Assembly: GCF_009914755.1 (NCBI RefSeq)
Contig: NC_060926.1
Strand: one strand, 5' to 3'
DNA length: 64,000 bases
Source: the human T2T-CHM13v2.0 reference genome, Homo sapiens
In this document: piece by piece, positions 12,299 to 28,082 of the stretch
Layout: each line of letters starts with the position of its first letter
Position numbering within the stretch: position 1 is the stretch's first letter
The notes under the pieces: model-generated
Databases searched by the model: none
What the model was told of the DNA's origin: nothing
Seen by the model: only the letters and a program-made list of their open reading frames with translations
Position numbers and translations under genes: made by a program

Positions 12299-14724
12299 CT
12301 ATATCAGGGTGGGGAGAGGGGGTAGAGAAATAGGGAGACAGGAAATATAAAAAATAAAATAAAATAAGTACACTTTTCCGAATATAGGCCACAATACAAA
12401 CCAGCAACGTAGATTTCTGCACCTTTTCACACACGGATAAGACCACATGAGAGAGACAGAGGCGAGGGTAGACTCCTCATCACTGTATCCCTAGACTAGC
12501 CCCTGCAGACTCAGCAGCAGAGGGTCAGCCATACCCAGGAAGAATTACCATGGGGAGCAGAGAGAATGATCCCTCACCATTATCATTACATCATTTCTAA
12601 GTTCATTTCTGTAGCAGTAGTGCCTTAATCAAGTTCTCTTTTATGAACCCAAAAAACTCTCCTAGCATTCATCTATCATTACTCTTTATTACCTGTGAGA
12701 AACAGGTAGAACAAAACAATTGTGACTATTTTCTATTGTGCTAAAGATCTTTGTTCACTTTACCAGAAGATAAATGTCACTTGTTCTAACAAATGGAACA
12801 CATAATACTTACAAAGTTCCTGTAATAAAATATTCTGTCCAAGAAGCGTGCTAGAATACTGCTTAATGTGACTTTAAAGCACAGAAAAGGACCTGCCCCT
12901 TGAACCTGATTCACATGCAATAATGGCATTATGATTGGCTGGCTTCATTGCCTATTATGTTTGCCCTAGAAGAGATTACAAAAAAGGTCAGGACAATTTC
13001 TATTCTCTTGAAGCAAAGTTTTATTTCTGAGTTAATTATTTTTTTTTCTCACTGAAGTAGAAGTGCAGGTCAACTCCACATTGTAAAAAAAAAAAATGTT
13101 CACAGAGGGCAGGAAACATGTAAATTGTAAATTATATTTAAACATTGTTTTATCCAGGAAACAAAAAAGGAAATTGAATTGGCATTTGATGTAAGTCTTT
13201 TCATGGCCCAAATCATCTACCTCATGTTTTAAAAATCGAAGTAAGACCTAACTGAAGAGAAGGTACTCATCCCTCATTTTGGTCATACCTAAAACAATTT
13301 CTCTGAGATGTAAGTAAAGACAGCAGGCTAAAATTGTGTGTCTCAATAAGTCTGATTTAGGAGAAAATTCTGGAGGTCGGAGGTCTGGGAATCATAGTGA
13401 ACAATTTTGATAATTGCTAAAAATCCCTGAAATGGTTTAATAGTTGTCAATGAAAAAGTATATTTCACTATGAAATACATGTTTGTGTATATTTGTTTTA
13501 ATAGGAATATTGGTGAAGATCTGAGGGTCCATTTTACTGCTTTAGTCTCCTTAATCTGTTCAAGCGTTAAACCATTTTAACAGGGTGCAGTGGCTCATGC
13601 GGTTCTCACTTCGTTGAGAACAGCTGCTGTGACAACTTTCTTTCCTTCAAAAATCATAAGTCTCTAATATTTCTATAACCTAGTGGGTATCACAAATCAA
13701 AATAAAGTCCATTTGTATCATCTTTGTATTATCATGTTAAACAAGAGAAGAAATATTAATAAAATGTATACTTGATTCAAAGTCTCATTTTGATTAATGG
13801 TCTTCGCAAGTTTCCTGATATAGACCCGAGCTGACTAAAACTTATTTTTCCAAATGTTTTCCTAAACCTATGGTCCTTAACCATTTCAATTAACTGGCAA
13901 TAAAATGATCAAAAGAATAAATTAGAGAAATATAAAAAAAGAGAAGCCAGTTTAGCATATAACTCTAATGTGGAAGGCTATATCAGGAATATATTTTTTT
14001 CCTTAAATTTTAATTCTATGATATTGGTAGTTCCTCCATTAGTCAAGAGTTGGTTATCAACTTTATGAATTTTCTTCTGTATACTTTCTTTGCCAAGAAT
14101 TAATAATTAAAGAATAATAATATGAGTTAGTTAACACTAATTCTACACGAATGAAACACTCACCAATATATCCCCTCTGTTTTTTACTATAAATCTATAT
14201 TGCCTTTCAAAGGAAAACATAACTCTCACACCAGTGTCCATGATCAAATATTATATTATCCATTGTTCAAAGGCCCACTTCAAAAACCTCCCTTAAGTCT
14301 CAATCTAGAACTCTTTCTTTAAGTGTCAGAAGCATTTTATTTAACCTTATTGGTAGAACTCATCACTTCTTCCTTGTCTGATAACTTTTGTGTTCCACTT
14401 TTCTGTGCCCTAATAAGCATCTTAAAAACAAGGATTAGACCATGGGTAATTGGTTTTGGTCTTCCACCCTAAATAATACCTAAACAATGCCTTCCTATCT
14501 AAACAATACCTAAATACCTTTCTTTTCACAGAGAAGATACTAAAAAATATTGAGTGGAAAATGTGGTGAGAGCCAAGGGAATGCCTTTCCCTTTGAATTT
14601 GCCTGAATAAATAATAAACATTTAAATTATTTGTGATCATTGGCTTTGATGTGGCATGTTTTCACAAGTTATACCTTTCCCAATTTCACGATTTTATGTC
14701 AAAATTTTGTAAGAAGAAATGCAC

Positions 14725-15019
14725 AGCTGGGCGCAGTAGCTCACGCCTGTAATTCTAGCACTTTGGGAGGCGACGGAGGCTGGATCACCTGAGGTCAGGA
14801 GTTCGAGACCAGCCTGGCCAACATGACGAAAACCTGTCTCTACTAAAAATACAAAAATTAGCTGGCACGGTAGCATGCACCTGTAATCTCAGCTACTCAG
14901 GAGGCTGAGGCAGAAGAATTGCTTGAACCTGGGAGGTGGAGGTTGGGGTGAGCCGAGATCACATCATTGCACTCCAGCCTGGGCAACAAAGCGAGATTCC
15001 ATCTCAAAAAAAAAAAAAT
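14725..15019 (+). mobile_element. AluS-like
   Basis: Full dimer with gatcacctgaggtcaggagttcgagacc and A tail. Confidence 0.93.
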
Positions 15020-15664
15020 ATACACAAGCAAATCCTGCTATAGGAGCTTATAAATACAAAACAGAGAAGAAGAAACAAAGAGAATGTGCATTTCATTCCA
15101 TATTGGAAGGAATTTGTAAGGCTATATAAAACTAGGAAGCTTATTTATTACTACAACTTGAGGGTGATCAACAATTATAGAATGGTAATCCAGGATGTAT
15201 ATTTTTTGTGCAGTAAAAATCTAGAATTTGTGCTGCATAAATGCCTTTGTGTATGTCTGGCACAGTATCATTTAGTGTGTGACTGGATGAATGTAAGTTT
15301 CTGTCCTGACTTCTGAATCCTCTTTTTATGGTGGTTACAAGGACAACAATATTTTAGTAATTTTTTTCAACTCAGTGGGAAGTGAAGGCACTTACCATAT
15401 GGCTGTTACCATATCCCACCTTCTGGATACCTGATGAGAGATTTGATGTCAAGCTGACCAACTGTGACAAGTCAACGTGGCAGATTTGAGAATTGAGATG
15501 AGTGGCTCATAGAAGAGCATTTTATCCCAATTTTCTCCTGCTTGTAAGCTTGAAAGTTTTCACTAATCAGTATAAGGAAGAAAAAAAATAAAAAAAAAGT
15601 ACAAGCCAAGAAAACACTAATTCAAAAAGTAGGCAGATTGCTATGTCCACGCGATGCTATAGGC

Positions 15665-15990
15665 CAGTGGCTGGAAAACTTTTTCGTAAAGGGCCAAATG
15701 ATAAATATTTTAGACTTTATTGGGCATACGATTTCTATGGCAGCTATTCACCTCTGCCACTGTAATGTAAAAGCAGTCATAGAAGATACGTAAATGAATT
15801 GACATTCCTATGTTTGAATAAAGTTTATGAACACTAAAATTTGCATTTCATATAATGTGCATGTGTCATTTATTCTTCTTTTGATTATTTTAACCACTTA
15901 AAAATGTAAAAATCATTCTTAGCTCCCAGGGCCACACAATAACAGGCATTGGACTGGCTTTGGTCTGTGGGGCATAGGTGCTGATCCTTG
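15665..15990 (+). mobile_element. hAT-Charlie MITE (MER58B-like)
   Basis: cag...aaactttttcgtaaagggccaaat...; near 8-bp TSD ctataggc / ctatagag. Confidence 0.75.
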
Positions 15991-16354
15991 CTATAGAGGC
16001 TAGTCTTACACATGGCTATAAGGTGCGGGACCAGTCCTTTCATTTGCCTTGGTCCATTATTAACTTCATTTTTGTTATTATTAACTTAATTATATTTTAT
16101 TTACTAGTATAGCTTCAAGAGAGCATATGCCATCACTTTCAAAATTAGAGAAAAAGATAGAAACCTTTGCCTTAAAATGAATAGGCAGTGATTTTGAAAA
16201 ATATAAATATGGGTTATTTGGCTAGGAAAACTAATACAAAATTTCGTTCTCTTTCCTGTTCTTTCTTGTATTAAAATTATCACTATTCTTTTGCAATTAA
16301 TAATTGTAGATATAATTAATTATAAAATTATAAAAATAATAGATCACATCATCA

Positions 16355-16762
<408 letters not shown>

Positions 16763-17550
16763 CTAAAAGCAAATATAAAGTTTAATGTTAATCACTATGA
16801 AAATCTTTTCAATGTTTCCAATCTTGATTTTTGTTCAAAGGGTAAAGCAGACTTTAAGTCCTATAATATTGTCATTATTATCCAGCTAAAATATTCTTAT
16901 TTTTCATTTTCATCAATTTTCAATATCTCTGTTATTTTGTTCCACTTGCCACAAAAAATTACAACACATATTATGAAGAAACTATGTACTTTTAGTTCAG
17001 GATTGCTATAGAAACCTCTTATCATAATTTGTGATATTTTTCTTTTAGAATTGATAATTTATCCTTAATTCTACTTTCTAATACTTTCATACATTTTCTC
17101 ATGCCGACACTTAGATAAAATCTAGCATATTAGAGGAATGTGCTTTAAAAAGTCTTTATTTGTTTTTATATTGTTAAGATCAGACAACAATTGTTTTGGG
17201 GGATAACAATTTGATCTTTAATTACCAAATTCACAAAGTTATGAACATATAATCATTGAAATTCTGTAAGCCACAAGCTTCTTACTCTGAAATAAATTAT
17301 TGTACTATATTAATAGAAAATATTTATATTATATTAGCGTGTACTTCAAATTAGAATTGAGCATGTCTTCAAAAATTGTAAAAATATTCATGTGGTTTTA
17401 GTTCTTTAAGTGCATTTGTCAATGAATGGATTTTATTTTACTAGATATCAAGATATAATCTTGCCTTTTGATTCAAATTCCCAAAAGTTTTTAAAAATAA
17501 TGCAAAACCAAAGAAATACCCCTTTATTATAGAATATAATGGCAACCTTA

Positions 17551-17736
<186 letters not shown>

Positions 17737-19119
17737 CTAAGTGAGAAAAATAATGTTTTTCTGTTAATATTAGAAAACAGGAAATCAACACAATGATAAT
17801 AATCACTGTTTGCTTAGCATTTACTGTGTTCCAGACAGTTTGCTAAATACTTTATAAATGGATATTCTTATCTAACTTAGTCCTGTAAATTAGGTATTGC
17901 TCTTCCCTGGCTCCCATATCAGCATCAAAAGGTTGAAAAGCTCTAACTGTCCTGTCAGTGCTCATCATTTTTAGACAGCATTTTAGAATAGCATATTAAA
18001 ATTTCAGAAGAGTAAAACATTTGGTAATTGACACAGTCACTATTTTCAAAGAATTTATGTGGGTCAAAAAGTTGTTCTGGAAGAAGATAAAAAGAAAACA
18101 TAAGTTGATACTGAAATTTTGAGCCAGTCTTTTTTTTTCTGATCTGACTACTGTTAGAGTAATAAAGAACATGTTGACTCACTCTTTAAAGATTTATCAG
18201 CAGAAGAGAAAAAAGTATTTAATTGACAATGTGGCAGCTAAAGTAATACTTCTAAAGCTTTGACACAAAAGTGCATTGCAAAATATCATTAATTCATGAT
18301 ACTGGTATCAAAGGACTCACTTAAAAAGGCAACACCGAAATGAATCCTTTGGGTACCCTTTGACTCAAGGAATCTGACCAAAGAAGATTCTAAGGGAAAT
18401 GTTTAGGTCTATAACTGCAGGAGTCAATTTTCAAATAATGCAGGATCAAGAAGATTGGCAGGGAGCAGCTGGACTTGAGGTTGTGGTAATAGCTGTGACC
18501 AGGTAAATCCTTTCTGAGTTCACAGGGATGCAGTCGTCTCAGTGAGAAGGTACTTATTTGCAAGATCCGGATCTCCACCAACAATTAGAAACTAGATATT
18601 CCTGCCTTTTTCCAAAGATAAATAGAAGGGAAGAAGAATGCTAACTCAGCGAGCACATGGGGAAAAACATTGGGAATATTTGTAGACAATTTAGAAGAAA
18701 AGACAGACTCAGAAAAGAACTTCTGGTCTTCAAATGTCAATTTGTTTGGGACCACAGCAAAAGCAAAATTATCTTATATAGACATTGACAAAGATACCCA
18801 AAGTTATTCATGGTTTATGAAGAGTCATAAGCTGAGATTCTCTGGCCCTAAAAATGAACTGGTGCCTGCCTCACATCCATAGTCAAAAACTGGCATTTTG
18901 TTTACCCTGAGTTAGTGTGACCAGCACTGTACATTTTAGAGAACACTCTGGCATCAATTTTACTAATTGGATCTTATATCTTCCAGAAGTCTGTTGATCA
19001 CCTTCTTGCCTATCCTTGAGTCTTCTATGTCCAGTTCAACCATTTTGGTTTCTCAAAATAGTTGTTTTTAAAGCTTGTTTCATTAAGTCTTTGAAGTTTT
19101 GATGACAATGATGTTGATG

Positions 19120-19385
19120 ATGATGATAGCTTTAATTTATTGTGTATTTACTATATGCCAGGCTAATAAGCAGAAAGTATTTAATCCTCCCAAGAATATG
19201 ATAAATGAAATACAGTTACAATTATATTATAAATAATTATTTTATAATGAAGTATTATTTTATAAATGATAAAATTAAATACTACAGAGTTAAAATATTT
19301 GTCCAAGGGCATATCACTCATATAATGCAGAATCAGCATTCAAACCCAGGACTTTGGGACTCTGAGGACCCAAACACTTCACTAC
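19120..19385 (-). mobile_element. MIR fragment
   Basis: tttactatatgccaggc...ttgtccaagg...cattcaaacccagg core. Confidence 0.6.
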
Positions 19386-19749
19386 TATTATGTCAAAGCA
19401 ATACATCCATAGGTTTTCTGAAAATATGTGAGGTGTGTACTTACAAGAAAGCAGCAATGTAATTAGGAAGGTGTGAGAAAGAACCAAAAATGTTAAGTGT
19501 TACTCCCAAGAAATATGCTGGCAGAAAAAATCATTATCAACTCCCAAGATGGTAACCTTTTATAGAAATAGTATTGTTATTTGTAGACCTCAACAGTACT
19601 GCACAATTATTTTAAAAGACATAACCAGAAACTTGACTCTACACATCCATTCATATGGAAAGTTCTGGATATGCATAATTCTGAGGCTGCAGATTCATCT
19701 GACATAAAAAATATGAAATGACAATGATGACAACTAAAAAGAGAAACTA

Positions 19750-20046
<297 letters not shown>

Positions 20047-21096
20047 TCAGCCATTTGTCTGTTTCACTCCTAACCAGATACAAATCAGTCAGGCATTCTA
20101 ATATTGAAACAAGGTTTATAGTTTAGATTTTGAAAATTTAACAGTACTATTTCAATGAAAGCATAGCCTCTTATGTAAGTCTATTATGACATGTTCGTTG
20201 CCTAGATGAAGCATAAGAGAGGGTAAGGAAGTGAAATTTATGACTGCAAGCACATATGTGGGCATCTTTCAGAGAAAAATGCACCTAACATGTGATGGTA
20301 AACAGGAGAACTATGTTTCCTTAACAGAGAAATGTATGTTTTCCACCAATATGCATATTTTTCACCTGTGTTTTTAGTCCCATGACAACAATAAGATGAG
20401 ACTATTCTGTCCAGAAAAAACTCTTGCTGTAATAGTTCACAGGTGAAAACAATCCTAGAACCAAGCAACTAGAAATAATTTATGGAGGACTCATGAAATA
20501 GACATTTCACACCATTAGCCCATTTACTTCTCACCATTTATTTAGGAGATGAGTAGACACTTTGCCCCCACAATGGGAATGTGGGGGGTGAAGTGTTAGA
20601 CCCAGGGACCAGGTGGGACCTGGGGCATATTGTCAGGGGAGAGGGTAGAAGCCAGCACAGTTTGTAAAGTTGTCACCCTTTGACTATCTTTGCTTATTAG
20701 AAGAGACAATTTTTGAGCGAATATGTAATTTGTAAGATTATATAGTGACAGAATCACGTAGCTCTGGGTTAACCTTGTTTTCTGCATCAATTACTATTAA
20801 ATCACTTATCTTTGAAAGGTCAGATCACCCAACATCTGTCTTTGTGGGTTTTCTTTTTTTCATTTTGCAAAGTCATTTTTGCCATGTTATCAATGTCTGT
20901 GTTTAATAGCAAATAATTTTATCCATTTTTAAGCACATAAAAACAATTCCATCAGTATCCATTGGTTATCTTTACCATCATTTAAAACCATTTTATGGTC
21001 TCTGAATTCTTCCTAAGAATTTCATGTGCCTATTTAAGGTTGACCAGATTTATGTTAATTTTATTTAAGAATCTGTACAGTAAAAGAAGATTATTA

Positions 21097-21231
<135 letters not shown>

Positions 21232-21309
21232 CTAAAAAAAAAATCAATTAATGTCTTAAGAACAGAATCCTAATAAATTGTAGGTATAAGATAAAATCTT
21301 GCTTATATA

Positions 21310-21510
21310 GCTGTAGTGAGTAATTAAAAGTAGAGCCTAGATTGCTGGGTTCAAATTATGGCTCTGCTACTTACTGGCTGTATATCATAGGAGAGCTACT
21401 TAACTGTCTCAGTTTTATATTGGTAAAATGGGGATAATCATAGTGCTTGCTTCATATTCTTGTGAGGATTAAAGGAATTAATATTTATGAGATAAAAAAT
21501 AAAGCTAGCT
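21310..21510 (+). mobile_element. MIR
   Basis: ctgggttcaaat...gctctgctacttactggctgt...ctcagttt...gtaaaatggggataat core. Confidence 0.75.
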
Positions 21511-23229
21511 GCTTTTTTGTTATATCATCACTATCATCACCTCTCTGCCTTTCTGAGTGTTCAATTTATTCAGATAGTTTGTCATGTGACAGTCCTACAT
21601 GAAAACAGTGAAAGTGCTGTAGTGCTGTGTATCTAAAGGGGTAGAATCTCAGTATTCTCTGATAAATTTCTGGAATTACTTTTTATTGAGGGAACAACAT
21701 TAATGAAGCTCCTGTAATGGTTGTCTCTTACTGCCAAGGAAGACCTCATGAACTGAGCAGAGCATATGATGATAAATGACTCAGTTTGAAAGGAACAATT
21801 AGTGAAATGGAGAATGCAAGCTACATCTGAAAGAGGTGACCTCTCTTCAGCTCTAGAAATTGTTGCCATGCAAAAACATGAACTCATGCATACCAAGTGT
21901 ATTTATTTTTGTGAGAAAATGTCTTATTTTTAAAACTTGGAAACTAATTCAAATTTAAAACACTATGTTGGTTCCATGCAGGCCAGAAATACACACACAC
22001 ACTCACACACACATATATACACAAACAACTATACAACTCTAGATCTATCATGTTTGTCTGCTTGTGTGTGGTATGTGGTATATATTTTAAATATATATTT
22101 CTAGATTTGTAAAGTTGTATAGTTGTATAGGTATAGTCATGCATGTATGTGTATCAAAACACAGACATACAGGCATAGATATGTGCATGGGTGTATTATG
22201 CATCTATGTGTATGTGAACAGACACACCCATTTGAGAGATCTCTGTAAAAAGTCAACTTTTTGAAAAGTCTCGAAAACCAGGTTTTCTGTGCTATAGTCT
22301 GTCAAACAAGAATTTGTCAGATTAAACAAATTATTTTCCATGTAGACATGTTTCAGGTATAGAGATGACGTTATTAGTTATGCAGTGTTTTCATATAAAC
22401 CATATATTGTGCCACAATTTTATGTTTACTGTATTTCCATTGTATCTTATAAGTATCCACTAATTCCTCTAGTTTTGTAGTTTTCACTTTAGGATTTATT
22501 GTGATACTGATTTTTCTATGGTGAAAAAACTCTTAAATGAAGAAACTTCATTAAAAATATGAAATAATCTCCTAATCTGATATAAATTATATAGTATTTT
22601 ACATATTACACACATAATTGCAAAACAAAATGCAAGCAAAGTTTGATTCCACAGAAATTTAACATGCTCATTCAATAATGAAAAATACCTTGCAGAAGGG
22701 CTTAAGCTGTATCATGCACACATAGAGGTCACATGTTACCTAAAAGCACATGCATTTATTCAAATTGAAATATATGTGTGGCCATGGATTTGATGGAACT
22801 TTACTCTCACTTGAAATACTACATTGTCTGCAAATATAAATATATAAGCATGTAGCATATGTTTGAAGCTTATTGGGTTAGTCAAATACCTTGCTGATAT
22901 TGGTAATGCAGCATAGCATAGTGAGTGGGCTAAAGAGATATCCTGGAAACTCCAGGAATGAGAAAGATCTCACTTTCAAGCCTAATCAGACACCTTTCTC
23001 TAACCACTTAGTGACTCGTAGACCTTTGGAACTGCTGTAAAATGATTGTTTTGCTTTTATGTTTGTTTGTGTCAATGCTTGCATTTCAGATATTTTGTTT
23101 TGATTCATAGACTCCAGATGAAATATTTTTTAAAAATGAAAACAGTTATGTTTCATTTATATGGAGGACCTAATACATAGCCATTCTAAATTTTTTCAAG
23201 ATAAGAAGCCTACTGCACATTGGAGAGAT

Positions 23230-23430
23230 AGCAGAGTGAGTGGTTAAGAGCACAAGATCTGAAACAGACAGCCTCCGTTTCAACTTAGGAGCTACCATTT
23301 ATTAGCTGAGTAAATTGGGGCAAGTTGCTTCATTTCCCCATGCCTCAATTTTCCCATTTGTAAAACAGAGATAATAATGTATCATCTCATGGGGTTGTCA
23401 TAAATACTAAATATGTGTTTGCTGTTATTA
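23230..23430 (+). mobile_element. MIR
   Basis: gtggttaagagcac...ttggggcaagttgctt...gcctcaatttcccatttgtaaaa core. Confidence 0.75.
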
Positions 23431-23809
23431 ACAACTCAAATAAGATTCCTTGGAATAGGTACATATTAAGCTGTGACCTGAAAAAGATAGCAGTAGCTGG
23501 CAAGTAATCCAAATTTCTTCATAGAAATGGGATCTATTATTAACTAATATCAGCATTATCCTTGCATTTTCTGTACTGATATCTATCTATATATGTATCC
23601 GTCATAAATTGTTCTCTAAAGAGATTATTTATAATCTTCAATTATAAAATTAATAGACAAGTACCTTTTTACAAAAATGGGATTTTATCTTTGAGTTAGA
23701 TGCCTACAACACATAGAATGAGGATTAGGCTAATGAATCAAAGGTGTGTTTCTATAGAAAAAGTATTGCAAAATGCAGAGCCATTCACAAGACCAGAGAA
23801 GGCCCTTCA

Positions 23810-24304
<495 letters not shown>

Positions 24305-25758
24305 TCATATAAATACCACTGAACCCACTGGCCTGAGGGCAGGTGGCTCTGTACTGACTTAAAAGAAACATACTTAAAAACGAAGCAATTCAGTGAGAAG
24401 AAAACTTCTTCCACTTAAGGGATGAAACAATTTGTAGAATTCATCCTTTCAGGACCAGGTAAATTATTTGTTGCTATACAGCTCTCTAATATTCTGGCCT
24501 AGAGTTACTGCTCCATTCTTTTAATGCCATTCATTTTGCTGCACAGAACTTATAACTTAAAAAAAGAACTTAGTATTGCTACTGGTCATTCAACTTTTTA
24601 TATATCAATCCCCAAGCTTCACAAAAAAATTGGAAATCATGCTGTATGGTTCTTTGCATTGAAAATCCACCTTACATACTAAGAGCTCAGTTAAAGTGTA
24701 TTTAAAGAGAGCTTTTAGCACCAGTTAATTTATAAAGTCATTAAATATTTAAAAAGAAGTTGCCCAATACCAAAGAGGAGGAAAAATTCAATTCATGCTT
24801 ATATGACTCATGTCCAGGGTGTAAATCCTTTGGAAGGATCTAGTTCAATAGACATTAGTGCTTACTATGTAAAGAACAAAGTGGCAACTATTGTGAACAA
24901 TGGAAAAAGTATGGTAAGGTCTTTGCCTCAAAACCAGCTTGGACTGCTCCTGTCATATTTATTTTTATTGATATATGTGTCCAAGTTCTGTATCATCACC
25001 TAGGTTCAAGTGAAATTTTGAAGGCAGGGACTCTATCTTTTATTACTGTGTACATCAGGAGAACCTTGTAGATTTTTAACTAGATTTTTAGTTTAGAAAA
25101 GTGATTTGTGGGGTTGTGTGATGGAAAACAGGGAAGACCTAAGGAAAACAGAAGCAATGGTTCATCTTGGGGATTTGTGCAGAATTATAAGCAGGGAGGC
25201 CTGAGAGATGAAGGTTTCAGTGAAAAGAGAAAGGGAAAGAGAACTTCCACATAAACAGAATTAACAGACTATGGCACTACATATTAGTAGTTGATGTGGT
25301 TGGGGGTGGAGGATATCAAAGGCTTCTCCAAAGTTCCAAATGGGTGAGTGATACTATTACCTATACTGTTTAAGAAAGAAGAGAAACTAGTCTAAGATTA
25401 GTTTTTAACCAATGAAGCATTACAAAACACAGACTAAATACAAATATAAAAGTTATTCTATAGTGTGAATGGTCTCTTTATTTCTACAATGGTTCTCAGG
25501 AATATTTTACTTCTGAAAATTAGTTTATTAGAGAATATATTGACAATTCTGAAACTATAAGGTCTTTCAAAAATGATTGAACCCAAATGGAAACCTGTGT
25601 ACATCTTTCCATAAATGCCTAGCGATACTAGGTTTTTACCTAAAATCATACCAATGAAATCACTCACTATCCTCTCCCGAGTTCTCTTACCCTAAAATAA
25701 GACATTTTTCTCTAGCATTCTGCCTCGGGTGATACACATTTAGCAATTTGGGTGGTAC

Positions 25759-26046
25759 CTGATTGGGGGTAGACAACCTCTTTTCATGTGCTCGCCTATG
25801 CCCTTCGACACCAAGGTGGAAACTTTTTCTTCTGATGCTGTCCTCTGATTCTGATTTCGACAATTTCTCAGCATCTCCCTTTTCCTCTCCACTGGAGAGC
25901 TTCTTTTGATTCTTTTTCTTTCTTCTGTTTCTTCTTTCTTTAGCACTTTTAGAGCTCAGTTTGGATGTTTCAGAAGAACTCTCTGAGAGGCCCATAATTC
26001 TGCTTCTCCTAATACTTGTATATTCAGCCGCTGCCGCTGCAATTGC
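25759..26046 (-). CDS. SCN9A: Nav1.7 coding exon 10 (288 nt; loop 1)
   Basis: [44 protein letters not shown]...LSTPNQ. CAG acceptor, GTACCA donor. Confidence 0.97.
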
Positions 26047-27359
26047 CTGGTTGGGCCAAGACGTTAACACTTAAATGAGTCATTTCCAAATCCTAGGAAA
26101 CCCTAGGACAGGACATCTTTCACCTATTAGCATAACAACATGGTGCATATAATCATGTCCTTTAAACATGAAATGATCGTTTTCTTTACACAATGATCAG
26201 AATGCTTACAAAGTATATATTTGGTTTTTGTCTCAGGTTGAAATAAAGCTCTATTGTATTTTAGAATTAAACTATTACATGTTATTAATTTGCTTACAGT
26301 AAAGACAAATTAAATATTATATGTTAAAGTTTTACAAGGTAATTTTGGAATGTAAAACTCGCATAAACCATGCAATAAGACAGACAATTTGATTATCAGG
26401 CAATTAACTCCATATCATCAATAGAATCAGGCACTCTATGGTTTAATAAAGATTGAGTTATTTGAAAAATAAATGAATTATTAAAGCATAATATTGTAAG
26501 AAAGTGGTAAGGTCAATGACTATTGGCCTAAATGAAACTTCTGGGAATTCCCTAGGTAGTACCTGGGATAACCTAGTACTATCCCTTTACAAAATGTTTT
26601 GTTTATAAACACTAAAAAATTCTTGTAAAAACATGGGAAATAAAGATATAAATGAAAAACAGAAAAAAAGTCATCTTACCTCCCAGAAATAATTGGTGCT
26701 AATATTTCTTCCATTCTTTTTATATGTATGTATAATTTTAAAATTGAGATTGTATCGGACTATATTATTTAATCCATCATTATTCTAAAAGATTTTTCCT
26801 CATGATAAAATAATTTTAAAAAAACACATAGTTCTATGGCAAAATAATACTTTAAGATATACAATTTTCATAATTTTCTTAGTTATTTTCTAATTTTCCA
26901 AAATTTAAATTTTTTCTGATTTTTACCATTATTAAAATGCTGCACTGAATATTTGTGCATCAGAATTTATCTGCATTGCAGATGATTGCCCTCCCCTAAT
27001 ACATTAGACTCCTTGAAGAGATTTAACTAGGTGAAACCTTCAGACAAATGTTAAGGCAACTGCAGTACATTTGAAATTATGTTTCTCTTAGTACAAGCCT
27101 TCTCAAACATTTACACTGAAGAATCTCTCTGGAAAGAGGATTAAGGAGGAAACTTTCGAGAATCTATGACAACCTAAATTAGCCACACCAAAATTATTTT
27201 CTTAATATCTCATGTTTTATCTTAAAAATCCTTGTGACATTAACAAAACATGATGCACTGTTTTAGTCATACCCCATAGAAGAGTATCTGTTAATTTTAA
27301 CGTTAAAATAATTTTCATGAAACCACTGTATACAATTGGTACTCTGGGGAAATCCATTG

Positions 27360-27513
27360 TGTGTATGTGTGTATATATATACATATATATATTGTATATA
27401 TATATAAATTGAGATTATATATATATTATATATCTGACTATATTATTTAATCAATTATTCTAAAAGATTTTTCCTCATGATATAATAATTTAAAAAAACA
27501 CATAGTTCCATGT

Positions 27514-27568
<55 letters not shown>

Positions 27569-27615
27569 TTTATATGTATATGTGTATGTATATATAGACA
27601 TACACACACACACAC
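27360..27615. repeat. Compound (TA)n/(CA)n/(TG)n microsatellite
   Basis: Visible directly. A pure (TA) run at about 27517-27552 is followed by (CA)8. Confidence 0.9.
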
Positions 27616-27773
27616 TAAGTCATTGTAGGTAAAAGGTTTAAGAGGAACAGCCTTAGATCACTTTTCATGCAGTGAGGTGATTATGGGGAAAGTATCAATT
27701 CTAGCTCAGCCCAGAATTGGTTCCTTTTTCCACACCAGAAATGAGGATACAGTTTATACACAAAAATTCATTA

Positions 27774-28082
<309 letters not shown>

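Noticed and set aside
12307-12335. G-quadruplex-like GGGTGGGGAGAGGGGG...GGG on the plus strand
   Set aside because: Explained as the complement of the C-rich polypyrimidine tract of the exon 16 acceptor.
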